Source: Bugula neritina
Taxonomy: Eukaryota > Animalia > Bryozoa
Reading direction: 5' to 3'
Assembly: GCA_964035545.1 (NCBI GenBank)
Contig: CAXIUT010000230.1
Location: forward strand, 496,001 to 560,000
Length of the DNA stretch: 64,000 nucleotides
In this document: in pieces, positions 47,652 through 63,567 of the stretch
How positions within the stretch are numbered: the stretch's first letter is position 1
Layout of the letters: each line of letters starts with the position of its first letter
Notes under the pieces: generated by a model
Told to the model about the DNA's origin: nothing
Database searches by the model: none
What the model saw: only the letters and a program-made list of their open reading frames with translations
Made by a program: the position numbers and the translations under genes

Positions 47652-48624
47652 ATCGTTAATAAATTGCCAACTATATGAGTAACTATGAGTACATAAATAT
47701 TTTGCGTGCAAATGGGTTATAATTATTAGGCTGTCAATTCATGTTGATAGCAGTCAACTGTTGCAATAGTCTCGGGTTACTAGCAAAGCTAATGGTTTTG
47801 AACAAATAACCCAAAAGTTTAAAAATAAGTAGCTTGCGTATTACTAACTACAAAAACAGGTCTGAAATAGACTGGTAAAGCAAGCTCTTATTGTAGAGTT
47901 TGCAGATGTGCTCTAAAATAAAACTTAAACTGTATGCTATTACATAAGTATTTGTATGCGAGAGATATAAATGGACATTACTGAGTTTCTGGAAAACAAC
48001 ATACTTGAAGTTAACTTTGACAATGGTGTTTTCTTTTCATCATAGCTAGCCTATAGCATAAATCTCTAATCATATGAATCTTTATGAAGCCCACAGCTCA
48101 TGTAAGGGTGGCAATGTAATTTGAAACGAACAATTATGTTGCTGCATTGTGTCTAAGGTATATTAGAGAGCAGAATTTGGTTTTACTAGCCTACCCCAAC
48201 GGCATTCTACAATGCAGCTTATATGCTGGCAGTTGTAATAAGTACAGCCGATAGCAAGGTTACTATCACTGCTAGCTCTGTGCAGTATGTAACCTCTTGA
48301 ATAATTGCGCCAATTTTAAACTCTTGGAAGTTGGCCAAGTTATCATATCGCAGCCAGCCACCGGAGACAAAGCATCAGAGCTATTCATATAATATTATAC
48401 TGATGCACTTGGTAGCAGAGTGGCTAATCTAATATAGTTCATAGTTCAACACCCTTTACTTTGGGAATACAGCCTCTTTTTTTAGGTTTACCTTACAAAG
48501 CATGAACATATCTAAACTGATATTCTGATAATTTAGAGGTACATTTTGAAAACTAGGTTAATTGCACTTGTTTGCACAACAACAATAATAAAATAGATAT
48601 TATGCAGTATAATAAAAACACACA

Positions 48625-48670
48625 TAATACTATATAATATATTATAATGATAATAATATAATATTATAAG
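48625..48670. repeat. AT-rich low-complexity tract inside the element
   Basis: ATAATACTATATAATATATTATAATGATAATAATATAATATTATAAG. Confidence 0.7.
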
Positions 48671-49075
48671 TACCATTACTGCATTTTATAAATCACATGG
48701 TTGCCAAAAAAATGTATCACAAATTTTGTAATTATACATCAAAAATAGAACTATAGCTAGGCAGCAGGTTAGAATAGAGTAAATTTTTAAAACATGAAAT
48801 CATGATTTGACTATTGTTTTATTTAGGCCAACCAACCTAGGAATACAAGATTGGGTTTTAGCTGACAGTTTATAACATTTAGCTTTTGAGCCAGCAGCAC
48901 TGGCACTTGTGAAGTATAGGCAAAGTTAGTGAAGCGAGACTAACAAGCACTCAAATACAAGGCATATTGAGACACAATAACAAGTCAGGAGCGTATAAAT
49001 TGAAAAGAATGTGGAAGGGGGACTATGTTTTTCAACAAGCTATAACTTAAACATGAATTGGCTTTTGAAAAAAAT

Positions 49076-49190
49076 AAAAAAGTATATTGGAGAACATAAG
49101 TTTCTTTATCTTTTCATATTTTTTTTGTTCCTGTGACATTCAACCTGTTCGAGCTATCAGTGGAACATTGTTCATATAGAACATAAAGCA
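49076..49190 (-). repeat. Right subterminal inverted-repeat blocks
   Basis: AAAAAAGTATAT (49076-87), TATCTTTTCAT (49107-17), CTGTTCGAGCTATC (49145-58) and GTTcATATAgAACATAAAGCA (49170-90). Confidence 0.9.
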
Positions 49191-49219
49191 CCTGGCAAAG
49201 AGCCAGAAAATGAAAAGTG

Positions 49220-49238
49220 TGACCTTAAACTAACTGTG
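49220..49238 (-). repeat. Right terminal inverted repeat (19 bp)
   Basis: TGACCTTAAACTAACTGTG, the exact reverse complement of 46673-46691. Confidence 0.97.
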
Positions 49239-49399
49239 TGTAACACACTGAAATATACTGCAAAACACTGAAATACACTGCTACATACTGAAATATACTG
49301 CAACACAGTGCAACATACTGCAACATACTAAAATATACTGCAACATACTGAAATACACTGCAGAATACTGATATACACTGTAACATACTGAAATACACT

Positions 49400-52300
49400 G
49401 CAAAATACTACAACATTTTGAAATACACTGCAATACATTGAAATATACTGCATCATACCTAAATATACGGTAATATACTGAAATATACTGTAACACATTG
49501 AAAAATACTACAAAATACTGAAATACACTGCAACATACTACAACATACTGAAATACGCTGTAATACATTGAATATACTGCAACATACCTAAATATGCGGT
49601 AATATACTGAAATAAACTAGAACACATTGAAAATACTGCAACATACTGAAATACACTGCAACACACCGAAATATACTGCAAAATAAAACAACATACTGAA
49701 ATACACTGTAACATATTGAAATACACTGTAACACATTGAAATATACTGCAACATACCGAGATATATTGTAAACTACTGAAATATACTGTAACACATTGAA
49801 AAATACTGCAACATACTGAAATTTACTGCGACACATTGCAATATACTGTAACATACTGAAATATGCTGTAGCACACTGAAATACACTGCAACTCACTGAA
49901 ATATACTGCAAAATACTGAAATACACTGCTACATACTGAAATATACTGCAACACACAGCAACATACGGCAACATACTGAAATATACTGCGACACATTGCA
50001 ATATATTCTAACATACTGAAATACAGTGCTACATACTGAAATATACTGCAACATACCGAAATACACTGTAACATGTTGAAATATACTGCAACATACCTAA
50101 ATATACGGTAATATACCAAAATATACTGTAACACATTGAAAAATACTGCAACATACTGAAATACACTGCAACCTCTGAAAAACACTGCAAAATACTGTAA
50201 CACACTCAAATATACTGCAAAACACCGAAATACACTGCTACATACTGAAATATACTGCAACACACTGCAACATACTGCAACATACTAAAATATACTGCAA
50301 CATACTGAAATACACTGCAAAATACTGAAATACACTGTAACATACTGAAATATACTGAAATACACTGGAACATATTGAAATACACTGCAACAAATTGAAG
50401 TATACTGCAACATACTGAAATACACTTCAACACACTGAAAAACACTGCAATATACTGTAACATACTGAAATATGCCGTAGCACACTGAAATACACTGCAA
50501 CTCACTGAAATATACTGCAACATACTGAAATACACTGTAACATATTGAAATGTACTGCAACATACTGCAACATACTGAAATACACTGGAACATATTGAAA
50601 TACACTGCAACAAATTGAAGTATACTGCAACACACTGAAACACACTGAAATACACCGCAAAACACTACAACATACTGAAACATACTGCAACATACTGAAA
50701 TACACTACTACATACTGAAATATACTGCAACATAGTGCACCATACTGAAATACACTGTAACATACTGAAATACACTGCAACATAATACAACATTTTGAAA
50801 TACACTGCAACACATTGAAATATATTGCAACATACCTAAATATACGGTAATATACCAAAATATACTGTAACATAATGAAATATGCTGTAGCACATTGAAA
50901 TACACTGCAACTCACTGAAATATACTGCAACATACTGAAACACAGTGCTACATACTGAAATATACTGCAACATACTGCAACATACTGAAATACACTGTAA
51001 CATACTGAAATTCACTGCAACATACTACAACATTTTGAAATACACTGCAACAAATTGAAATATACTGCAACATACCTAAATATACGGTAATATACCAAAA
51101 TATACTGTAACATAATGAAAAATACTGCAACATACTGAAATACACTTCAACACACTGAAAAACACTGCAAAATACTGTAACACACTGAAATATACTGCAA
51201 AACACTGAAATACACTGCTACATACCGAAATATACTGCAACACAGTGCAACATACTGCAACATACTAAAATATACTGCAACACACTGAAATATACTGCAA
51301 AACACTGAAATACACTGCTACATACCGAAATATACTGCAACACAGTGCAACATACTGCAACATACTAAAATATACTGCAACATACTGAAATACACTGCAA
51401 AATACTGAAATACACTGTAACATACTGAAATACACTGCAAAATACTCCAACATACTGAAATACACTGCTACATACTGAAATATACTACTACATACTGCAA
51501 CATTTGGCAACATACTGAAATATACTGCGACACATTGCAGTATACTGAAACATACTGAAATATGCTGTAGCACACTGAAATACACTGCAACTCACTGAAA
51601 TATACTGCAACATACTGAAATACACTGTGACATACTGAAATATACTGCGACATACTGCACCATACTGAAATACACTGTAACATACTGAAATACACTGCAA
51701 CACATTGAAATATACTGCAAAATACTGAAATACACTGCTACATACTGAAATATACTGCAACACACAGCAACATACGGCAACATACTGAAATATACTGCGA
51801 CACATTGCAATATATTCTAACATACTGAAATACAGTGCTACATACTGAAATATACTGCAACATACCGAAATACACTGTAACATGTTGAAATACACTGCAA
51901 AACACTACAACATTTTGAAATACACTGCAATACATTGAAATATACTGCATCATACCTAAATATACGGTAATATACTGAAATATACTGTAACACATTGAAA
52001 AATACTACAAAATACTGAAATACACTGCAACATACTACAACATACTGAAATACGCTGTAATACATTGAATATACTGCAACATACCTAAATATGCGGTAAT
52101 ATACTGAAATAAACTAGAACACATTGAAAATACTGCAACATACTGAAATACACTGCAACACACCGAAATATACTGCAAAATAAAACAACATACTGAAATA
52201 CACTGTAACATATTGAAATACACTGTAACACATTGAAATATACTGCAACATACCGAGATATATTGTAAACTACTGAAATATACTGTAACACATTGAAAAA

Positions 52301-53750
52301 TACTGCAACATACTGAAATTTACTGCGACACATTGCAATATACTGTAACATACTGAAATATGCTGTAGCACACTGAAATACACTGCAACTCACTGAAATA
52401 TACTGCAAAATACTGAAATACACTGCTACATACTGAAATATACTGCAACACACAGCAACATACGGCAACATACTGAAATATACTGCGACACATTGCAATA
52501 TATTCTAACATACTGAAATACAGTGCTACATACTGAAATATACTGCAACATACCGAAATACACTGTAACATGTTGAAATATACTGCAACATACCTAAATA
52601 TACGGTAATATACCAAAATATACTGTAACACATTGAAAAATACTGCAACATACTGAAATACACTGCAACCTCTGAAAAACACTGCAAAATACTGTAACAC
52701 ACTCAAATATACTGCAAAACACCGAAATACACTGCTACATACTGAAATATACTGCAACACACTGCAACATACTGCAACATACTAAAATATACTGCAACAT
52801 ACTGAAATACACTGCAAAATACTGAAATACACTGTAACATACTGAAATATACTGAAATACACTGGAACATATTGAAATACACTGCAACAAATTGAAGTAT
52901 ACTGCAACATACTGAAATACACTTCAACACACTGAAAAACACTGCAATATACTGTAACATACTGAAATATGCCGTAGCACACTGAAATACACTGCAACTC
53001 ACTGAAATATACTGCAACATACTGAAATACACTGTAACATATTGAAATGTACTGCAACATACTGCAACATACTGAAATACACTGGAACATATTGAAATAC
53101 ACTGCAACAAATTGAAGTATACTGCAACACACTGAAACACACTGAAATACACCGCAAAACACTACAACATACTGAAACATACTGCAACATACTGAAATAC
53201 ACTACTACATACTGGAATATACTGCAACATAGTGCACCATACTGAAATACACTGTAACATACTGAAATACACTGCAACATAATACAACATTTTGAAATAC
53301 ACTGCAACACATTGAAATATATTGCAACATACCTAAATATACGGTAATATACCAAAATATACTGTAACATAATGAAATATGCTGTAGCACATTGAAATAC
53401 ACTGCAACTCACTGAAATATACTGCAACATACTGAAACACAGTGCTACATACTGAAATATACTGCAACATACTGCAACATACTGAAATACACTGTAACAT
53501 ACTGAAATTCACTGCAACATACTACAACATTTTGAAATACACTGCAACAAATTGAAATATACTGCAACATACCTAAATATACGGTAATATACCAAAATAT
53601 ACTGTAACATAATGAAAAATACTGCAACATACTGAAATACACTTCAACACACTGAAAAACACTGCAAAATACTGTAACACACTGAAATATACTGCAAAAC
53701 ACTGAAATACACTGCTACATACCGAAATATCCTGCAACACAGTGCAACAT
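49400..53750. repeat. 2497-bp tandem duplication just right of the transposon
   Basis: Offsets 49538->52035, 50206->52703, 50948->53445. Shared private variants include TGCATCATAC, CACACAGCAA, CATAGTGCAC and TATATTGCAACATACC. Boundaries approximate. Confidence 0.85.
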
Positions 53751-56700
53751 ACTGCAACATACTAAAATATACTGCAACATACTGAAATACACTGCAAAAT
53801 ACTGAAATACACTGTAACATACTGAAATACACTGCAAAATACTCCAACATACTGAAATACACTGCTACATACTGAAATATACTACTACATACTGCAACAT
53901 TTGGCAACATACTGAAATATACTGCGACACATTGCAGTATACTGAAACATACTGAAATATGCTGTAGCACACTGAAATACACTGCAACTCACTGAAATAT
54001 ACTGCAACATACTGAAATACACTGTGACATACTGAAATATACTGCGACATACTGCACCATACTGAAATACACTGTAACATACTGAAATACACTGCAACAC
54101 ATTGAAATATACTGCAAAATACTGAAATACACTGCTACATACTGAAATATACTGCAACACACTGCAACATACGGCAACATACTGAAATATACTGCGACAC
54201 ATTGCAATATATTCTAACATACTGAAATACAGTGCTACATACTGAAATATACTGCAACATACCGAAGTACACTGTAACATGTTGAAGTATACTGCAACAT
54301 ACCTAAATATACGGTAATATACCAAAATATACTGTAACACATTGAAAAATACTGCAACATACTGAAATACACTGCAACCTCTGAAAAACACTGCAAAATA
54401 CTGTAACACACTCAAATATACTGCAAAACACCGAAATACACTGCTACATACTGAAATATACTGCAACACACTGCAACATACTGCAACATACTAAAATATA
54501 CTGCAACATACTGAAATACACTGCAAAATACTGAAATACACTGTAACATACTGAAATATACTGAAATACACTGGAACATATTGAAATACACTGCAACAAA
54601 TTGAAGTATACTGCAACATACTGAAATACACTTCAACACACTGAAAAACACTGCAATATACTGTAACATACTGAAATATGCCGTAGCACACTGAAATACA
54701 CTGCAACTCACTGAAATATACTGCAACATACTGAAATACACTGTAACATATTGAAATGTACTGCAACATACTGCAACATACTGAAATACACTGGAACATA
54801 TTGAAATACACTGCAACAAATTGAAGTATACTGCAACACACTGAAACACACTGAAATACACCGCAAAACACTACAACATACTGAAACATACTGCAACATA
54901 CTGAAATACACTACTACATACTGAAATATACTGCAACATACTGCACCATACTGAAATACACTGTAACATACTGAAATACACTGCAACATAATACAACATT
55001 TTGAAATACCCTGCAACACATTGAAATATACTGCAACATACCTAAATATACGGTAATAGACCAAAATATACTGTAACATAATGAAATATGCTGTAGCACA
55101 TTGAAATACACTGCAACTCACTGAAATATACTGCAACATACTGAAACACAGTGCTACATACTGAAATATACTGCAACATACTGCAACATAATGAAATACA
55201 CTGTAACATACTGAAATTCACTGCAACATACTACAACATTTTGAAATACACTGCAACACATTGAAATATACTGCAACATACCTAAATATACGGTAATATA
55301 CCAAAATATACTGTAACATAATGAAAAATACTGCAACATACTGAAATACACTTCAACACACTGAAAAACACTGCAAAATACTGTAACACACTGAAATATA
55401 CTGCAAAACACTGAAATACACTGCTACATACCGAAATATACTGCAACACAGTGCAACATACTGCAACATACTAAAATATACTGCAACATACTGAAATACA
55501 CTGCAAAATACTGAAATACACTGTAACATACTGAAATACACTGCAAAAAACTCCAACATACTGAAATACACTGCTACATACCGAAATATACTACTGCATA
55601 CTGCAACATTTGGCAACATACTGAAATATACTGCGACACATTGCAGTATACTGAAACATACTGAAATATGCTGTAGCACACTGAAATACACTGCAACTCA
55701 CTGAAATATACTGCAACATACTGAAATACACTGTGACATACTGAAATATACTGCGACGTACTGCACCATACTGAAATACACTGTAACATACCGAAATACA
55801 CTGCAACACATTGAAATATACTGCAAAATACTGAAATACACTGCTACATACTGAAATATACTGCAACATACTGAAACACAGTGCTACATACTGAAATACA
55901 CTGCAACATACTGCAACATACTGAAATACACTGTAACATACTGAAATTCACTGCAACATACTACAACATTTTGAAATACACTGCAACACATTGAAATATA
56001 CTGCAACATACCTAAATATACGGTAATATACCAAAATATACTGTAACATAATGAAAAATACTGCAACATACTGAAATACACTTCAACACACTGAAAAACA
56101 CTGCAAAATACTGTAACACACTGAAATATACTGCAAAACACTGAAATACACTGCTACATACCGAAATATACTGCAACACAGTGCAACATACTGCAACATA
56201 CTAAAATATACTGCAACATACTGAAATACACTGCAAAATACTGAAATACACTGTAACATACTGAAATACACTGCAAAATACTCCAACATACTGAAATACG
56301 CTGCTACATACTGAAATATACTACTACATACTGCAACATTTGGCAACATACTGAAATATACTGCGACACATTGCAGTATACTGAAACATACTGAAATATG
56401 CTGTAGCACACTGAAATACACTGCAACTCACTGAAATATACTGCAACATACTGAAATACACTGTGACATACTGAAATATACTGCGACGTACTGCACCATA
56501 CTGAAATACACTGTAACATACTGAAATACACTGCAACACATTGAAACATACTGCAAAATACTGAAATACACTGCTACATACTGAAATATACTGCAACACA
56601 CTGCAACATACGGCAACATACTGAAATATACTGCGACACATTGCAATATATTCTAACATACTGAAATACAGTGCTACATACTGAAATATACTGCAACATA

Positions 56701-59700
56701 CCGAAATACACTGTAACATGTTGAAATATACTGCAACATACCTAAATATACGGTAATATACCAAAATATACTGTAACACATTGAAAAATACCCGCAACAT
56801 ACTGAAATACACTGCAACCTCTGAAAAACACTGCAAAATACTGTAACACACTCAAATATACTGCAAAACACCGAAATACACTGCTACATACTGAAATATA
56901 CTGCAACACACTGCAACATACTGCAACATACTAAAATATACTGCAACATACTGAAATACACTGCAAAATACTGAAATACACTGTAACATACTGAAATATA
57001 CTGAAATACACTGGAACATATTGAAATACACTGCAACAAATTGAAGTATACTGCAACATACCTAAATATACGGTAATATACCAAAATATACTGTAACATA
57101 ATGAAATATGCTGTAGCACATTGAAATACACTGCAACTCACTGAAATATACTGCAACATACTGAAACACAGTGCTACATACTGAAATACACTGCAACATA
57201 CTGCAACATACTGAAATACACTGTAACATACTGAAATTCACTGCAACATACTACAACATTTTGAAATACACTGCAACACATTGAAATATACTGCAACATA
57301 CCTAAATATACGGTAATATACCAAAATATACTGTAACATAATGAAAAATACTGCAACATACTGAAATACACTTCAACACACTGAAAAACACTGCAAAATA
57401 CTGTAACACACTGAAATATACTGCAAAACACTGAAATACACTGCTACATACCGAAATATACTGCAACACAGTGCAACATACTGCAACATACTAAAATATA
57501 CTGCAACATACTGAAATACACTCCAAAATACTGAAATACACTGTAACATACTGAAATACACTGCAAAATACTCCAACATACTGAAATACACTGCTACATA
57601 CTGAAATATACTACTACATACTGCAACATTTGGCAACATACTGAAATATACTGCGACACATTGCAGTATACTGAAACATACTGAAATATGCTGTAGCACA
57701 CTGAAATACACTGCAACTCACTGAAATATACTGCAACATACTGAAATACAATGTGACATACTGAAATATACTGCGACGTACTGCACCATACTGAAATACA
57801 CTGTAACATACTGAAATACACTGCAACACATTGAAACATACTGCAAAATACTGAAATACACTGCTACATACTGAAATATACTGCAACACACTGCAACATA
57901 CGGCAACATACTGAAATATACTGCGACACATTGCAATATATTCTAACATACTGAAATACAGTGCTACATACTGAAATATACTGCAACATACCGAAATACA
58001 CTGTAACATGTTGAAATATACTGCAACATACCTAAATATACGGTAATATACCAAAATATACTGTAACACATTGAAAAATACTGCAACATACTGAAATACA
58101 CTGCAACCTCTGAAAAACACTGCAAAATACTTTAACACACTCAAATATACTGCAAAACACCGAAATACACTGCTACATACTGAAATATACTGCAACACAC
58201 TGCAACATACTGCAACATACTAAAATATACTGCAACATACTGAAATACACTGCAAAATACTGAAATACACTGTAACATACTGAAATATACTGAAATACAC
58301 TGGAACATATTGAAATACACTGCAACAAATTGAAGTATACTGCAACATACTGAAATACACTTCAACACACTGAAAAACACTGCAATATACTGTAACATAC
58401 TGAAATATGCCGTAGCACACTGAAATACACTGCAACTCACTGAAATATACTGCAACATACTGAAATACACTGTAACATATTGAAATGTACTGCAACATAC
58501 TGCAACATACTGAAATACACTGGAACATATTGAAATACACTGCAACAAATTGAAGTATACTGCAACACACTGAAACACACTGAAATACACCGCAAAACAC
58601 TACAACATACTGAAACATACTGCAACATACTGAAATATACTACTACATACTGAAATATACTGCAACATACTGCACCATACTGAAATACACTGTAACATAC
58701 TGAAATACACTGCAACATAATACAACATTTTGAAATACACTGCAACACATTGAAATATACTGCAACATACCTAAATATACGGTAATATACCAAAATATAC
58801 TGTAACATAATGAAATATGCTGTAGCACATTGAAATACACTGCAACTCACTGAAATATACTGCAACATACTGAAACACAGTGCTACATACTGAAATATAC
58901 TGCAACATACTGCAACATACTGAAATACACTGTAACATACTGAAATTCACTGCAACATACTACAACATTTTGAAATACACTGCAACACATTGAAATATAC
59001 TGCAACATACCTAAATATACGGTAATATACCAAAATATACTGTAACATAATGAAAAATACTGCAACATACTGAAATACACTTCAACACACTGAAAAACAC
59101 TGCAAAATACTGTAACACACTGAAATATACTGCAAAACACTGAAATACACTGCTACATACCGAAATATACTGCAACACAGTGCAACATACTGCAACATAC
59201 TAAAATATACTGCAACATACTGAAATACACTGCAAAATACTGAAATACACTGTAACATACTGAAATACACTGCAAAATACTCCAACATACTGAAATACAC
59301 TGCTACATACTGAAATATACTACTACATACTGCAACATTTGGCAACATACTGAAATATACTGCGACACATTGCAGTATACTGAAACATACTGAAATATGC
59401 TGTAGCACACTGAAATACACTGCAACTCACTGAAATATACTGCAACATACTGAAATACACGGTGACATACTGAAATATACTGCGACATACTGCACCATAC
59501 TGAAATACACTGTAACATACTGAAATACACTGCAACACATTGAAATATACTGCAAAATACTGAAATACACTGCTACATACTGAAATATACTGCAACACAC
59601 TGCAACATACGGCAACATACTGAAATATACTGCGACACATTGCAATATGTTCTAACATACTGAAATACAGTGCTACATACTGAAATATACTGCAACATAC

Positions 59701-62700
59701 CGAAATACACTGTAACATGTTGAAATATACTGCAACATACCTAAATATACGGTAATATACCAAAATATACTGTAACACATTGAAAAATACTGCAACATAC
59801 TGAAATACACTGCAACCTCTGAAAAACACTGCAAAATACTGTAACACACTCAAATATACTGCAAAACACCGAAATACACTGCTACATACTGAAATATACT
59901 GCAACACACTGCAACATACTGCAACATACTAAAATATACTGCAACATACTGAAATACACTGCAAAATACTGAAATACACTGTAACATACTGAAATATACT
60001 TAAATACACCGGAACATATTGAAATACACTGCAACAAATTGAAGTATACTGCAACATACTGAAATACACTTCAACACACTGAAAAACACTGCAATATACT
60101 GTAACATACTGAAATATGCCGTAGCACACTGAAATACACTGCAACTCACTGAAATATACTGCAACACACTGCACCATACTGAAATACACTGTAACATACT
60201 GAAATACACTGCAACATAATACAACATTTTGAAATACACTGCAACACATTGAAATATACTGCAACATACCTAAATATACGGTAATATACCAAAATATACT
60301 GTAACATAATGAAATATGCTGTAGCACATTGAAATACACTGCAACTCACTGAAATATACCGCAACATACTGAAACACAGTGCTACATGCTGAAATATACT
60401 GCAACATACTGCAACATACTGAAATACACTGTAACATACTGAAATTCACTGCAACATACTACAACATTTTGAAATACACTGCAACACATTGAAATATACT
60501 GCAACATACCTAAATATACGGTAATATACCAAAATATACTGTAACATAATGAAAAATACTGCAACATACTGAAATACACTTCAACACACTGAAAAACACT
60601 GCAAAATACTGTAACACACTGAAATATACTGCAAAACACTGAAATACACTGCTACATACTGAAATATACTGCAACACAATGCAACACACTGCAACATACT
60701 GAAATACACTGCAACATACTACAACATACTGAAATACGCTGTAATACATTGAAATACACTGCAACACATTGAACTATACTGTAACTCGCTGAAACATACT
60801 GTAACTCACTGAAATATAGTGTAATATACGGAAATGTACTGTAAAATACTGGAATATACTGTAACACACTGAAATATACTGCAACATAATGAAATACACT
60901 GTAACATACTGAAATACACTGCAACATCCCGCAACATATTGAAATACACTGCAGCACACTGCAACATACTGCAACATACTAAAATATACTGCAACATCTT
61001 GAAATACACTGCAAAATACTGAAATATACTGCAACATACTGCAACATACTAAAATACACTGTAACATATTGAAATACACTGCAACACATTGAAATATACG
61101 GCAAAATACTGAAATACACTGCTACATACTGAAATATACTGCAACACACTGCAACATACTGCAACATACTAAAATTTACTGCAACATACTGAAATACACT
61201 GCAAAATACTGAAATACACTGTAACATACTGAAATATACTGCGACACATTGCAATATACTGTAACATACTGAAATATGCTGTAGCACATTGAAATACACT
61301 GCAACTCACTGAAATATACTGCAACATACTGAAATACACTGTAACATATTGAAATACACTGCAACATACTGAAATACAGTGCTACATACTGAAATATACT
61401 GCAACATACTGCAACATACTGAAATACACTGTAACAAACTGAAATACACTGCAACATACTACAACATTTTGAAACACACTGCAACACATTGAAATATACT
61501 GCAACATTCCTAAATATACGGTAATTTACCAAAATATACTGTAAAACATTGACAAATACTGCAACATACTGAAATACACTGCATTACACTGAAAAACACT
61601 GCAAAATACTGTAACACACTGAAATATACTGCAAAACACTGAAATACACTGCTACATACTGAAATATACTGCAACACAGTGCAACATACTGCAACATACT
61701 AAAATATACTGCAACATACTGAAATACACTGCAGAATACTGATATACACTGTAACATACTGAAATACACTGCAAAATACTACAACATTTTGAAATACACT
61801 GCAATACATTGAAATATACTGCAACATACCTAAATATACGGTAATATACTGAAATATACTGTAACACATTGAAAAATACTACAAAATACTGAAATACACT
61901 GCAACATACTACAACATACTGAAATACGCTGTAATACATTGAATATACTGCAACATACCTAAATATGCGGTAATATACTGAAATAAACTAGAACACATTG
62001 AAAATACTGCAACATACTGAAATACACTGCAACACACCGAAATATACTGCAAAATAAAACAACATACTGAAATACACTGTAACATATTGAAATACACTGT
62101 AACACATTGAAATATACTGCAACATACCGAGATATATTGTAAACTACTGAAATATACTGTAACACATTGAAAAATACTGCAACATACTGAAATTTACTGC
62201 GACACATTGCAATATACTGTAACATACTGAAATATGCTGTAGCACACTGAAATACACTGCAACTCACTGAAATATACTGCAACATACTGAAATACACTGT
62301 AACATATTGAAATATACTGCAACATACTGCACCATACTGAAATACACTGGAACATATTGAAATACACTGCAACAAATTGGAGTATACTGCAACACACTGA
62401 AACACACTGAAATACACCGCAAAACACTACAAAATACTGAAACATACTGCAACATACTGAAATACACTACTACATACTGAAATATACTGCAACATACTGC
62501 ACCATACTGAAATACACTGTAACATACTGAAAAACACTGCAACATAATACAACATTTTGAAATACACTGCAACACATTGAAATATACTGCAACATACCTA
62601 AATATACGGTAATATACCAAAATATACTGTAACATAATGAAATATGCTGTAGCACATTGAAATACACTGCAACTCACTGAAATATACTGCAACATACTGA

Positions 62701-63465
62701 AACACAGTGCTACATACTGAAATATACTGCAACATACTGCAACATACTGAAATACACTTCAACACACTGAAAAACACTGCAAAATACTGTAACACACTGA
62801 AATATACTGCAAAACACTGAAATACACTGCTACATACTGAAATATACTGCAACACAGTGCAACATACTGCAACATACTAAAATATACTGCAACATACCTA
62901 AATGTACGGTAATATACCAAAATATACTGTAACATAATGAAAAATACTGCAACATACTGAAATACACTTCAACACACTGAAAAACACTGCAAAATACTGT
63001 AACACACTGAAATATACTGCAAAACACTGAAATACACTGCTACATACTGAAATATACTGCAACACAGTGCAACATACTGCAACATACTAAAATATACTGC
63101 AACATACTGAAATACACTGCAAAATACTGAAATACACTGTAACATACTGAAATACACTGCAAAATATTACAACATATTGAAATACACTGCAATACATTGA
63201 AATATACTGCAACATACCTAAATATACGGTAATATACTGAAATATACTGTAACACATTGAAAAATACTGCAAAATACTGAAATACACTGCAACATACTAC
63301 AACATACTGAAATACGCTGTAATACATTGAAATACACTGCAACACATTGAAATATACTGTAACTCGCTGAAACATACTGTAACTCACTGAAATATAGTGT
63401 AATATACGGAAATGTACTGTAAAATACTGGAATATACTGTAACACACTGAAATACACTGCAACAT

Positions 63466-63567
63466 GTGTCAGTTTACTTCATTTAGTACACACCAGCAAA
63501 TTATGACCTAACATTAAAGTGTGCTCAAAATCCATTGAAATTTACTATACATGGTATTTTTATGTGT
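63466..63567. other. 102-bp non-satellite insert, copy 6
   Basis: Same sequence and flanks as copy 1. Confidence 0.92.

Larger units (their letters stand above)
46673..49238. mobile_element. 2566-bp non-autonomous TIR DNA transposon, most likely CMC superfamily (EnSpm/CACTA-like)
   Basis: Ends are CACAGTTAGTTTAAGGTCA ... TGACCTTAAACTAACTGTG (perfect 19-bp inverted repeat). TG lies on both sides (46671-72 and 49239-40), whereas empty sites read CAAAATAC-TG-TAACAC, so the TSD is 2 bp. No transposase-sized ORF. The superfamily call rests on CAC termini plus the 2-bp TSD and is less certain than the element itself. Confidence 0.92.

Noticed and set aside
47490-47711. 73-aa ORF inside the transposon
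   Set aside because: It is short, has no ATG at the annotated start (TTG) and no recognisable domain, and it overlaps the tRNA-like cassette. It is not a transposase.
56785-56825. +1 insertion (ATACCCGCAAC) apparently compensating the nearby -1 slip
   Set aside because: It is a single occurrence and could be a consensus error or a chance mutation. That is too little to claim selection on phase.
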